Of a stretch of DNA of 64,000 nt, positions 16,492 through 28,800 are shown piece after piece. Where the stretch lies: IMG/VR virus record IMGVR_UViG_2974580128_000001, one strand, 5' to 3'. Made by a program: the position numbers and the translations under genes. Each line of letters begins with the position of its first letter. The stretch's first letter is position 1. The notes under the pieces are model-generated. The model worked only from the letters and a program-made list of their open reading frames with translations. It was not told the origin of the DNA and did not search any database. Source of the stretch: a virus. Taxonomy: Duplodnaviria > Heunggongvirae > Uroviricota > Caudoviricetes > Herelleviridae.

Positions 16492-19400
16492 ATGGCTAAC
16501 AACTATCGGTTTTACGTTGATGCAATGACTGGGGATGCCATTGCAAAATTAGAAGAAGTTAATAAGTTGATGGATAAAATTGACTCTAAGAGTGCAAAAG
16601 GTACCCAGAAGTTTTTCCATACAACTCAAAGAGAAATAGACGAAGCAGTAGCCGATATGCAACGTTTAATTCGAATGAAAAAGGAACTAGATAAGAACTT
16701 CGAAAAACAAAGTTCTATGGCAGAAGCTACAGGTAGCATGACAGATTTTAAACGTGCACGTGCAAACCTAGAACAGTTACAAAGTGAGTTCCAAAAAACA
16801 CAAAACGAGTTCCAAAAGTTAGCAAGCATGAAAGCTAACCCGAACTTTACGAATAAAACAGCTTTGAAAGAACAAAGAGCTTACAGAGAAGAATTGACCG
16901 AGCAGGAAAAAGCTTTACAAGCAATCAAGAAAGCTCAACAAGAATTAAATCGAGTAAACTCTCGTGTAAATCATAGAGCACACCAAGCTACCTCTACAGG
17001 TAGAATGACCTACAATCAATCTGAAAGCATGAAGAAGGATTTAGGTGGTGTTGGGCTATACTCAGATACTCAACGAGAAAATAAAGAACGACAAGCTCAA
17101 CTAAGAGACCAATACCGTAGAAGACAAGAGGAGCTATCACAAGTACGTTCTGATACAAACTTAGATAGACAGGTTCGTAAGAATAGAGAAACATCTATCT
17201 TAGAAGAAATCAAAGGTATCGAACAAGAGATTGAAGCTCGTAAGAAATTTAATCAGACTTTGAATGATACTATTGAGAACTTAAAGTCAAAAACGGAACA
17301 GTTAAACAATAGTAACGTTAAAGTAGAGGCGGATAGGAACTCCACTGCGGGTGTTATAGCTTCTCGTGCCCCATCTATAGCCATCGCAGGTTTAGGCTCT
17401 GCTGTGGCGGCAATAGGGGGCTTATACGCTAAGGGAGCTACTGCGAATGCAGGTATGCGTGATTCAACCATCTCTTTAGGACAACGTACAGGTAACGGAG
17501 ACTTCCGTGCTATTCGTAAAGAAGCCCAAATGATGGGTATTGAAAAGCAACTTGGGTATAAAGGAGCTGATATGCTTCAATTCCAAGAAGATGCGTTAAG
17601 TAATATCGGGTTTACCAATAAAGAAGACCTAACAGCTAATACTAGAGCTTTAGCGGAAGGTTCACGTGCAGTTTCTGTTGATTCTGAAACCTTAAGCGGG
17701 TTTATGAACGACCAAATGCGTAGAGGCGCTGTGAGCGGTAAAGACCAAATTAAAGCGATTCAGGAAGGTTTCTTAGGAGCTATCCAAAAATCTGGTATGG
17801 TAGGTCGTGAAAAAGAGCAGTTAAATGCTTTGAAAACATTAAGTGACCAATCATTTAGTGGACGTAACGGTAGTAATGAGGAACTTAAACAACAAATGGC
17901 TATGCTTACACTGTTGAACAAAACTGGTTCTCGTGCCGTCCAAGGTGAACAGGGTGCCGAGTTAATGACTAGTTTATCAGCGGGTATTCAAGGTAGTGTT
18001 TGGAACAACAAGGCTTCTTTACTACTAGGTAAGGGTAGTCAATACCAAGGTTTAAGTGGTATGTATGACTTAGCAGGTAAACAAGAAGAGGGAGCTACCC
18101 CTGAAAATCTGCAAAAGATTATTGGTAGTGTACAAAAAGCTGTTCCTAATGATGAAAAAGGTCAGAAATATGTCCTTAAAAGTGCTATGCACGAACTATT
18201 TGGTACAAATGCAACTAATGACCAAGTAGATGGTATCATGAAGGCTTACGGTAATGGTAATCTAAATGAAGAAAATATCAATAAGATTATGAATGAAAGC
18301 GAATCTACTGGTAAAGATAAATACAAGAAGAATGCAGAAGATTATACTAACTCGAAAGAGGGTATGGCTAATCGTTCCGAAGCAGTAACTGAGAAACAAG
18401 CTTCCGGTATCAACGACTATGGTGATGCTCTACGAGGAATTAATTCTAAATTAGGAGGAATCCCTCCGGCTATGTATGCTTTAGGTGCAGGTATGGGTGC
18501 CCTAGCAACTGCCTTGATTACTTCGGGAACTATGGGTGGTCTCTCTAGCTTTGTTAAGAACTTGACGAGAGGGACATTCTCTGCCGGAGCTACAACTGCT
18601 ACAACAGCCGGAGCAACTAGTGCAGGTGGTTCATTCTTTAAAGGTGTAGGACAAGCCTTTAAATCAGGTAAGGCTACTGGTGGATGGTCAGCAGGTCTTA
18701 AGAGTGCAGGTACTACAGCTAAAGACTTAGCAGGTGCTAATATTGCCGGAGCTGAAACTATTGCAGGAGCTACGAAAGCAGGTTCTGTAGCAAGTAAATT
18801 TGGTAAAGTAGCAGGTAAAGTAGCGTTACCTATTGCCTTAGTCGGTTCAGCAATTGATATTGCAAGCTCCGATGACAAGGTAAAATCTGTTGGTGAGAAT
18901 GCCGGAGGACTAGCAGGTGGATTTGCCGGAGCTAAATTAGGTGCTTTAGCAGGTACAGCTATTTTACCGGGTGTTGGTACTGTTATCGGGGGTGCATTAG
19001 GTGCTCTTGGAGGTAGCTTAATCGGTAATAAAGCCGGTGGTGGTTTAGTAGACGGTGTTCGTAAGTTCTTTGGTGGAGAGGAAGCCTATGCAGACGAAGT
19101 AGATACAGGTACTTCCGCAGGTGGGCAAGAAACGCTTAAAGGACAAGAGAACAAGTCTGGTAAACAAGAAGAACGAGACATGACGAATAAACGTGTCCTT
19201 TCTGAAAAAACACGTGCTGAGAATAACGCTGAGGAAGCAACTAATTTATCTATCTACTCAAAATTACTTGATAGAGCACAACGAATCCTAAATCAAGCTA
19301 GAAATCAAAATGGTATCTTTGGTAACTCCAAGGGTGCTAACAGTTCTAGTGATAGTGGCGGTATCGGTGACGACCCTGCAAGTAAGGATTTTGGCGGAGA

Positions 19401-20148
19401 CTGGGAAAAAGCCATTCGTCAAGCTTCTAAACAACTTGGGGTAGACGTTACAGACCAAGATGTAGACACATTGCTTAAATTGATTCAAGCAGAGTCTAGT
19501 GGAGATGAAAAAGCTGTCCAACAAATCATTGATGAGAACAACTTTAACGGTTCTGGTGGTGCCAAAGGGCTTCTACAATACATCCAATCTACGTTCGATG
19601 CTTATAAAGTAAATGGACACGATGACATCATGAGTGGTTATGACCAATTACTAGCGTTCTTCAACAATAGCAACTGGCAAAAAGACTTAAATGCTTGGAA
19701 TAATCGTTACCAAAATGGTAGTACGGGTTGGGGTCCAACGGGTAGTAAGACCCATGCGATGGGTGGACATATCACTTCTCCGGAACATGCTTTGCTTGGT
19801 GAGGTGCCGGGACAAGATGAATATGTTATTAACCCACATCAGCCTACAGCTCCTAGATTACTGGCAGAAGCTTCTCGTAAAACTGCACAGAAATTCCGTT
19901 TGTTTGGTAATGGTTCTGGGGACGAATGGTCTTCCCGTATAGGTGGAATTAACTTATCCGGTGGAGGTAGTTCAGCACAAGCACCAACATTAAACAATAC
20001 AAATGACGTTAAAGTTAGCGTAACCGTACAAGGTGGCGGAACTTCTGAAAGTATTGCTAATGAAATTGGTAATAAAACAGCAAGTAAGATTCTTCAATCA
20101 GCCGATGATGCAATGAGTTTCTTTACAAAAGAAATGAAACGAGTTTAA
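16492..20148 (+). CDS. Tape measure protein with C-terminal lytic transglycosylase (SLT) domain
   Basis: Coiled-coil N-terminus, G/A-rich region, AESSGD..AKGLLQYIQSTFDAY SLT motif, AMGGHI..GEVPG motif; ATG 16492 preferred. Confidence 0.92.
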   Translation: MANNYRFYVDAMTGDAIAKLEEVNKLMDKIDSKSAKGTQKFFHTTQREIDEAVADMQRLIRMKKELDKNFEKQSSMAEATGSMTDFKRARANLEQLQSEFQKTQNEFQKLASMKANPNFTNKTALKEQRAYREELTEQEKALQAIKKAQQELNRVNSRVNHRAHQATSTGRMTYNQSESMKKDLGGVGLYSDTQRENKERQAQLRDQYRRRQEELSQVRSDTNLDRQVRKNRETSILEEIKGIEQEIEARKKFNQTLNDTIENLKSKTEQLNNSNVKVEADRNSTAGVIASRAPSIAIAGLGSAVAAIGGLYAKGATANAGMRDSTISLGQRTGNGDFRAIRKEAQMMGIEKQLGYKGADMLQFQEDALSNIGFTNKEDLTANTRALAEGSRAVSVDSETLSGFMNDQMRRGAVSGKDQIKAIQEGFLGAIQKSGMVGREKEQLNALKTLSDQSFSGRNGSNEELKQQMAMLTLLNKTGSRAVQGEQGAELMTSLSAGIQGSVWNNKASLLLGKGSQYQGLSGMYDLAGKQEEGATPENLQKIIGSVQKAVPNDEKGQKYVLKSAMHELFGTNATNDQVDGIMKAYGNGNLNEENINKIMNESESTGKDKYKKNAEDYTNSKEGMANRSEAVTEKQASGINDYGDALRGINSKLGGIPPAMYALGAGMGALATALITSGTMGGLSSFVKNLTRGTFSAGATTATTAGATSAGGSFFKGVGQAFKSGKATGGWSAGLKSAGTTAKDLAGANIAGAETIAGATKAGSVASKFGKVAGKVALPIALVGSAIDIASSDDKVKSVGENAGGLAGGFAGAKLGALAGTAILPGVGTVIGGALGALGGSLIGNKAGGGLVDGVRKFFGGEEAYADEVDTGTSAGGQETLKGQENKSGKQEERDMTNKRVLSEKTRAENNAEEATNLSIYSKLLDRAQRILNQARNQNGIFGNSKGANSSSDSGGIGDDPASKDFGGDWEKAIRQASKQLGVDVTDQDVDTLLKLIQAESSGDEKAVQQIIDENNFNGSGGAKGLLQYIQSTFDAYKVNGHDDIMSGYDQLLAFFNNSNWQKDLNAWNNRYQNGSTGWGPTGSKTHAMGGHITSPEHALLGEVPGQDEYVINPHQPTAPRLLAEASRKTAQKFRLFGNGSGDEWSSRIGGINLSGGGSSAQAPTLNNTNDVKVSVTVQGGGTSESIANEIGNKTASKILQSADDAMSFFTKEMKRV

Positions 20149-20197
20149 GAAAACTAGGGGGACTCGTTCCCCCTTTATTTATTGAAGGAGGTAAACT

Positions 20198-22717
20198 ATG
20201 GCGGTAGAATTACGTTATCCTAGATTTAACCTAGCGTTTTATACAGAAAAAGACGAATATCATATTACGTATGATGCACAGACAGGTGAATCTAATACTT
20301 CTGTAGTAAACAAAGATAATGATTCGGAAGTTTCTAATAACTTTATGATAGAATCCGTTATCAGTTTAACAACAAAAAATTCAATGGAAGATGACAGTGC
20401 TGTCTTTTCTTTTGTTCTAGCCGGAGATGTATACTGGGATAGAATTTTAAAAGCCAATGATGCAGTTGTATTACGGCTTTACCCCGACATAACCAGTGAC
20501 CTACCTGTTAACCCAGTTTTATTAGTTGGGTTAATCTCAGAAGTACGACTTGAAGGAGACTATGGGGAGAACTCTAAGATGTATCGTATTACAGGTCAAT
20601 CATTTGCTAAGGCTTTAATGCAATTTGACCTAGGTGTTATTCAAGAAGTTAGTGTTGTATTAACTGATATTGGTTGGTTACCTGATGATGCCCAAGAGGG
20701 GGTTAAGATGACAGGTAGAAGTGCCAGTCAGCTAGCAGAAGGAATGATGAACCGTTTCTTACAGTATATGAAATTTGACTTTAACGGAGAAGGCTTAGAG
20801 CGCTTTTTAGAATGGGAATTAGACAGTTGGACAGAAGCAGAGCGGTTGATAGATAATACCCCGTATATTAACTATGAGGGTTCCCTAAAACAATTGTTAG
20901 ATGACATCACAGCTAAACCATTTAATGAACTGTTCTTTGATGCTACACCGGGAAACAAATGTCGAATGATTATGCGTAGAACCCCGTTTGATAAAGCAGA
21001 CTGGGAGAATTTAACTACGTATACTGTAACATCTAAAGAAGTTATTTCTGAGTCAGTAGCAACAAATGATACGGAAGCCTACTCTATCTTTAATATTTCT
21101 ATAAATAACCTTTATGGTACAGACTCTATGATGCTCGGTTCTAAACCACAGGTATTCCCTGCTTTAGTTAATAAGTACGGATACAAAAAACTAGAGGTTG
21201 ATAACAAATACTTGCAGGGTGCAATTGTAGATAACAGTGATAATGCAGATAGTGCGGATACAAATACTGACGGTGATACAGAAACGAACGAAGATACCAC
21301 TACAGAAAGACGTACAACTAGAAAAAAAGATACGAATGAATCTAGTGCATTCGACACGACTTACGGTACAGTAATGAACTATCTACGTGGTTACCCATTA
21401 GACATCTTAAGAGTGAAACGTGGTAATGTTCGAGCCAAGATACTTCAAGTAGACAGACGTATTACAGGAACAATGGCAGATAAAATCATTGACCAGTATA
21501 TTACAACACAGAGCTTGACAAAAGAACAGTTCACAGATATAACTGGTATTAATGAAAAGAATGCTAGCAAGGGAAATGGTAAGGAAAAACCTACTTATAA
21601 AAAACTTGTGAAGTTCTTGGAAGATTACAAGGATGAAGCAGAGAACAATGAGACTACCACAATCAAGAATGAACTTATGAATGAGTTCAAATTAACAGAT
21701 AACCAAGCAACATCTATTGCTAGTGAGTTTGTGGCTAATAAAAGCTTGCGTAAAACTCAATATGACGAAATCATGAAAAACAATCCTAGTGATAGTACAA
21801 CGGTATCTGGTTCTGATACAAAATACGTAAAAGAATTTACGAAACGTTTAGCTAACTGGTACTGCGAAAATCCTAACTTCTATAGTGGAGATATTGTAGT
21901 TAAGGGTAGTCCAGAATATCGTTTAGGCGGACGACTATTCGTTATAGACGAACAGAACAACGAATTGTGGGAATACTATATTGAATCTGTAGAGCATACT
22001 TTTTCTTACACGCAAGGATATACGACAACCCTAGGGGTAACTCGTGGTCTTAAAAACGGAGGTAAAGACCGATTCACACACCTTTGGGACAAGTCAGAAG
22101 ACTTCTCAGGAGGTATGTTGGGTGAAAAGACCTTAGAAGCTTTACTAGAAGAGCAAGAAAAGAAAAACAATGAAAACAATAGTAATTCTGGCTCTAGCGG
22201 TGGCTCAAGTGGTAGCACAAACCCATCGAATATTCCGGGAGGTACAGTAGCAATGAAAGCTGTAAACTGGGGGCGTTCTCATTCTAAAACAGAATCTTCC
22301 TTTAGGTCTGCATACGACTGGGGAGGCGGACGTACAGGTAGAGACCCATTTGAAAGCTCACCTATTGCTACAGACTGTTCGTCATTTGTATGGTGGTGTT
22401 TTAAACATGCAGGTGTAGAATTGAATGGTGGAGCAACTGGGATGACTACATGGAGTATTATTGCGGATACGAAACTTGAAACAATAGCTACCCGTGGTCA
22501 AAAGAACTCTGCTATTTTTGATAAGATGAAGGCAGGAGACATTATCTGGTTCCGTAACTGTGAACATATTGGAATTTACTGTGGTGAAGGAAAAATGGTT
22601 GCATGTAATGGTTCAGGTAATATGAATGAAAGTCCTACAGCAGGTATTATTGTGTCAGATATGACAAGTGGATACTGGTGGGATACATTCGATGGAGATG
22701 TAAAAAGATACAATTAA
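20198..22717 (+). CDS. Baseplate hub / tail-associated lysin with C-terminal NlpC/P60 domain
   Basis: YDWGG..DCSSFVWW..GDIIWF..HIGIY; synteny after the tape measure. Confidence 0.9.
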   Translation: MAVELRYPRFNLAFYTEKDEYHITYDAQTGESNTSVVNKDNDSEVSNNFMIESVISLTTKNSMEDDSAVFSFVLAGDVYWDRILKANDAVVLRLYPDITSDLPVNPVLLVGLISEVRLEGDYGENSKMYRITGQSFAKALMQFDLGVIQEVSVVLTDIGWLPDDAQEGVKMTGRSASQLAEGMMNRFLQYMKFDFNGEGLERFLEWELDSWTEAERLIDNTPYINYEGSLKQLLDDITAKPFNELFFDATPGNKCRMIMRRTPFDKADWENLTTYTVTSKEVISESVATNDTEAYSIFNISINNLYGTDSMMLGSKPQVFPALVNKYGYKKLEVDNKYLQGAIVDNSDNADSADTNTDGDTETNEDTTTERRTTRKKDTNESSAFDTTYGTVMNYLRGYPLDILRVKRGNVRAKILQVDRRITGTMADKIIDQYITTQSLTKEQFTDITGINEKNASKGNGKEKPTYKKLVKFLEDYKDEAENNETTTIKNELMNEFKLTDNQATSIASEFVANKSLRKTQYDEIMKNNPSDSTTVSGSDTKYVKEFTKRLANWYCENPNFYSGDIVVKGSPEYRLGGRLFVIDEQNNELWEYYIESVEHTFSYTQGYTTTLGVTRGLKNGGKDRFTHLWDKSEDFSGGMLGEKTLEALLEEQEKKNNENNSNSGSSGGSSGSTNPSNIPGGTVAMKAVNWGRSHSKTESSFRSAYDWGGGRTGRDPFESSPIATDCSSFVWWCFKHAGVELNGGATGMTTWSIIADTKLETIATRGQKNSAIFDKMKAGDIIWFRNCEHIGIYCGEGKMVACNGSGNMNESPTAGIIVSDMTSGYWWDTFDGDVKRYN

Positions 22718-22741
22718 CCTCGTTAATAGCGAGGTTTTTTG
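22716..22741 (+). terminator. Intrinsic terminator
   Basis: AACCTCG-TTAATAG-CGAGGTT-TTTT. Confidence 0.8.
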
Positions 22742-22766
22742 TTGTAAAAAACAAAACTAGTATGTG

Positions 22767-22776
22767 TGCTATAATA
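22767..22776 (+). promoter_or_regulatory. Putative promoter TGCTATAATA
   Basis: Extended -10 after the terminator. Confidence 0.65.
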
Positions 22777-22815
22777 TTAAGTAGAGACACATACAAGAGA
22801 AAGGATGGTATCAAC

Positions 22816-25800
22816 TTGGCAGGAGGACGTAGATTTCAGGCAGGGTTAGGTTCCGAACATAAAAGATTATACAAAGAAGGACAACAAATTAATACTTTGT
22901 TACTAGCCCAAGTTATCCAAGTTAATTATAAATACAATACAGTTGATTTACTAGCATTACAGCATAAAGAAGTTTTCCAAAACTCCTATGCCAATGAAGG
23001 TAGATTTTCTGCTCGTTTACCAATGGAATTTGGTGGACGAAACCTTGCAGGACAACCATATGGTCAAGTAAACCCTATTGCCGTTGGTACTGTTGTCCTA
23101 GTAGGTTTTATTAACTCTGATAAAGACATGCCGATTGTTATTAGTGTATACAATAACAACGATGTAAATAAACAATTATCCCGTACACGTTTTGCTAATG
23201 CAGACCCTACAGATATGGCTTTAGCGGGACAAATGTATCAAAAATTTAGTTTGTACCCATCTTTAACTTACGATAGTATTGATGGGGATGGTAACCGAGT
23301 AGTTACATTCTCTGGTAAATCATTTATTGCATTCGATACAAAAGACATGCAAAACTCTCCAATGACAGATGCTAGTTACGGTTCTCGTTATGAAGACTTA
23401 GGAACATCTTACTATAACGATGGAGAACTAATTGAACCGATGAAAGGTCGAGCACCTAATGTGTTGTTCAAGCACCAAGGTATTCTTGACGATGATAATA
23501 AACCCGATACACATAATTTCATGATTCACATTAACCCAGATGGAACATACCGTACATCTATGATGGATACGGAACAAGACTGGCGGACAATGTTTGAGAT
23601 GACACCGGAGGGTAAAATCCGTTTACGTAGACAAGGGGATACTGTACGTCTAAACGATGGTTTTGAAATTGGTGAACTAGGTATTAATGAAGAAGGTATC
23701 GTTTACTTACGTAATGGGGACATGGACTTAGAAGTTCGTGAAGATGGTATCTACTCCCAAGGTAAACTAATCACAGAAAATATCAATCTTGATGATATTT
23801 ATGAAAAATTAGCTAATGTTACTTTTGAAATTAATAAGACAAATGAGTCCTTACAAATTTTAACTGAGAAATCAGAACTACAAGATGGTAAGATTGTAAA
23901 TCTAGAAACAGAGATTACAATTGTAGCCGGAAAAGTAGAATCTAAAGTAAGTGCAACAGAAGTACAAGACATGATTGATAGCTCTATTGTAGACATGACG
24001 GATGCTATTAAAAAAGCCCAAGAAGATGCAGATAGAGCAAATCAAGTTATTTCTGATATGGCTAGTGATAATCGCTTGGCTCCTAGTGAGAAGCTAGACT
24101 TACTAAAAGAGTGGGACATCATCAAGAATGAGTATCCAACTTATTTAGCACAAGCTGAACTATACGAAGTAGATAGTACAACTTATACTGCTAAGTATAA
24201 AGCTTTAGAAACATTTGTTACTCCTTTATTGGAAGACATGGAAGCTACTAGTGTAGTAGATGGTTCTATTATGCGTAAAACATTTAGTGCATATTACACA
24301 GAACGAATCAATTTACTAAATGCAATCACTAAAGGGTTAAAAGATGGTTTAGAAGAGGCAATGAAGAAAGCTTCTCAGGCTTCTGTAGATGCTACACAAG
24401 CTTTAGCTGATTCTGCACAGGCACAAATTGATGCAAACAATGCAAAACAATTGATTGCAGATATTGCTAGTGACGGTAAGCTGACTGCTTCTGAAAAGTA
24501 CCAATTGAAAAAAGAATGGGATGTTATTGTTAAGGAGTATCCTACAACAATTGCCCAAGCAACAAAGTACAAAGTAAATACAGATAACTATACTGCTAAG
24601 TATAAAGCTTTAGAAACATTTGTCACTCCTTTGTTTGCGAATATGGATGAAACAAGCGTAGTTAACGGGGAACAACTACGTGCAGTATTTTCTGATTACT
24701 ATGCTGTAAAGATTACTTTATTAAAAGAAATCACAGATATTGCTCGTGATGAATTGACTGATTATGGTAACCGTATTACTGTAGCAGAAACAAAAATCAC
24801 ACAAACATCCGAAGCTATTACGTTAATGGCTTCCCGAGTGGAAACTGTTGAAAATAATGTTAAAACAAACACAGCTCAATTGAAAGTACAAGCAGACCTA
24901 ATTAGTCAGAAAGTAACTGCTAGTGAAGTAAAAGATGCTATTGATAATGCAATTGATAACATGTCTATTGGTGGTTCTAACTTATTTGTAATCAAAACGC
25001 AAACAGCAGGACTATTGAATGAAAATAATGGTACTGTAGGAACAGCCGTAGATAAATCTGTAGTATCTAACTATATCAAGGTAACAGCTAAAATGCCTTA
25101 TGTAGCTTCTTTATATGGAAACACAGGGACAAACAGTATTATCATTGCATGGTATGACACAAGCAAAACGTTTATCTCTGGTCAAGCTGTAGCTGATTCT
25201 GGTGATTTCCATAAAACTTATGTTGCACCAGAAAACGCAGTATATGCTCGTTTAAGCTATAAAAAAGCTGATACTGTTAAAATGAAATTTGAAGTAGGTA
25301 CGAAGCCAACTGATTACAGCCCGTCATGGGATGATATTAAAGGTGACCAGACTGCTTTAGAGGAATACATTAAACAGGTAGAGGAACAAGCTAAACAAGC
25401 ACAACAAGAAGCAGAAAACGCCAAGAATGAAGCAGAAAATGCAAATAGTGCTATTGCTGATATGTCTAATGACAATATGTTAACAGCAAATGAGAAACAA
25501 CAAATTTTACTACAATGGGAAGAAATTAAAACGGAATATCCAATTAATTTAGACCAAGCAACTAAATTTGGTGTTTCTGCTACGCAGTATACAACAGCGT
25601 ACAATGCGCTAAAAACATATTTAGACCCATTATTAGCAGATATGACAACAACTTCTGTAATTGTTGGTTCTACTATGCGCAGTACATTTAATACGTACTA
25701 CGACCGTAGAACAACATTGCTTAATCGTGTAGCTGAACTAGCTAAACAAGTAGCTGACCAAGCTAAGGATACAGCAGACAAAGTAGACGATGACTTAAAC

Positions 25801-28800
25801 AACATTGGTGGGTACAACTACATCGGATTCTCTTCCGGAGACCATATGTATCCTCGTTTAATGATTAAGAACATTGGTTACTACTATGTACCTTCTATGG
25901 GGAGTGCAGAATTTGTAGATGACATGGTATGTTTAAAGCCAAAAACAACAGAAAAGAAAGTTCAGTATGAAATTGGCTCCTCATCAGCTAACATATCCGG
26001 TGTTGGTTTAGCAAATTATCGGATGAAAGAAGTTAAAACAGGTCAATGGTTGACTGCTTCTGCAAACTTAAAAGTTGTTGGTACTGGTAAAGCATATATT
26101 ACTATCTTTACTTTAGAGAACGGCTCTTGGCAATTTTCACTAAGTGATGTGGTTACAGCAAGTCAAGGAGTAACTCGTGTAGTAGCTCAAAGAAAAGTGA
26201 CAGACCAAACACAAGGGGTATTCATACGCATCAGTGGAGATATTATTGATGAAGTTCATTTTGGTAATACACAACTTGAAGTTGGTATTCGCTCTACCCC
26301 TTGGAAGAAATCAGATATTGACATTCAAGAAGACATCAACAATGTTGCGGACGATATTAAAGATTATATTGGTGCTCGTTCTGATAACTTAATCACAAAT
26401 GGTTTTGGTGAATTGGGGAACAATACGAACATTGGTGGTATCTTTGATGGTGCTGATAGGATTGTAGGTAAAGGTTCCTTCCGTCAAGAAGAAGGAAACA
26501 AATCACTATTATTCAGTGAACACATTGTTATTGACAATAAGAAAGTTTATAACTTTGATTACTACATGCACACATTAAAAGGTGTTGGTAGAAGTTACGC
26601 AATGATTGCCCCGTATGACGTAGACGGGAAACGTATCACATTTCCTTCTCTCGGGGGACGAAACTACAACTCTGTTACCCCTGTTAAATTTACAAAACTA
26701 GCAAAACCACTTAAAGTCGGAGATACAGAGGTTTTTGTAGAAGATGCTAGTCTATGGAACGGACAGGCACCGCAAGACTACCAACGTAGTATTATCATGT
26801 GGGGTTATAAAAACTCGTTCGGCTATACTTATCCCGATGGAACGTATAGTCAGCTAATGCAGATGAAGACATATGATATTGGTGCAGTTGACACCATAGC
26901 TAACAAGATTACGTTAAACAAGCCATGGGCAGTTGCAAACCCAAATAGTTCAGATGGGATTTTCCCAGTAGGGCATACACTTAGCCCAACTTCTGACGGT
27001 TCCACATATCTATATTTGAATGGTCACGTAAATATACAAGTACCTACTACGTACACCAAGTACAGCCATTTGATTAGTGGCTCTTCTGAGTTTGCTAATA
27101 CAACGCTTATCCCAGTAGAAACAGGTTCTATCCAACTTGGATTCTTGTTGAACCGTGATACAACAGGTGAAAAATCTTGGCTAAACGGTTTACGTCTACG
27201 TGATTATACAGATACGTATAAGCTAAACGATGACGTTAGAGAAACACAAGAAAATGTGGATAAAGCCCAAGCAGATGCAGATAAAGCCCAAGCAGATGCA
27301 GATAAAGCTAACCAGTCAATTGCTGATTTATCTAATGATAATCTAGTTACTCCTAACGAGAAACTAGATTTGAAAAAAGAGTGGGAAATCATTGTTGCTG
27401 AAAAACCTAAGAATGATGCTCAGGCAGATAAATTCGGAGTAAGTAAAGTAGCTTACGGTACTGCGTATACTGCTCTAGATACGTATTTAAAACCCATCTT
27501 AGCAAGCACAACAACGAACTCTGCGATTGTTGGACAAACTATGCGGGATACGTTTAAGGCGTATTACACGGCTCGTACAGACCTGTTAAACGCTATTGCA
27601 TCTAAAGCTAAAGAATTGGCTGATAATGCACAAGATACCGCAGATAATATAGCTGTCGGTACTCGTAACCTTTTAATCGGAACACAGGACTTTTCCAAAG
27701 GTAAATATCCGGGTAATGCTAACGTTACCATTACAGATGAAAAGCTATTTGGAAATGCAGTAATGAAGAACGATTACACTACAGGTACCGGATATTCAGA
27801 TATGTACCAAATGACGACCTCAATTATTCCAACAGGAACCCAGTATACACTATCGTTTTATGCAAAGGCAGACCTAGAAGGAACTAAAATGTCTTGTTAC
27901 TTCTACAACCCAAATACTACGACAAGTAGTGTAAACAGTCAAGGTGGCAAACTTAGTTCTAGTGACGGTCGTACTGTATTTGTTTTAAGTACAGAATGGA
28001 CTAAATACTGGGTAACTTGGACACAGACACAGGCAGACAAGCCTAAGTCAGTAATTATTGGTCGTAAGACTGGTGGGGAAGAACCTAACTCTGCTTTCTA
28101 TATGTCTTCTCCTATGATGGTAGAGGGGAACAAACCACAAACGTGGATGAAAGCCCCAGAAGACATTGAAACAGCTATAAACGGTAAAGAAGGTGCATGG
28201 GTTTACTCCCCAACAGCACCAACAAATCCGGCTGTTGGTTTAGTCTGGGTAGACTCTTCTAAAACTCCGAACCAACCAAAACGTTGGGTTGGTGGAGAAA
28301 CTGGATGGGTTGCCTTAACCCCAGAAGAAGTAAAAGATTTACCTTGGGGTGAAGATGGTTCTAGTCTTGCTGACTGGGTAACACAAGCAGAGCAAAAGAT
28401 TTCTTCTGATGCAATCATTAGTACTGTACTAGGTTCTGAGGACTTTACCGGTATTTTTGACTCCAAAGCAAATACAGAAGACTTAAATAACCTTGCTTCT
28501 TACGATGACTTAGATGCTATGCAAGCTGAGTATGAACGTCTGTTAAAAGAAGGGATTGCAGGAATTGACTTCTCACCATATGTAACTAACACAGAGCTAG
28601 AACAATTGAAAGATAGCTTCACTTTCTCTGTTCAACAAGCCGGTGGGGTTAATATGTTGAAAAACTCTCTAGGATTCTCTGGGACAGACTTCTGGCAAGC
28701 CTCTTCTGGTATAGATACTACTCAGAATGAACAGTTGTCTAAATTAGGATTTGGTTCCGGATTTATGATAAACCGAGTTCAAAATGCAACACTAGCTCAG

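Noticed and set aside
22678-22815. ORF-track upstream extensions (also 7581, 32517, 50935, 55934, 57290, 59741)
   Set aside because: They run through terminators, promoters or the upstream gene; downstream starts have clear SD sequences
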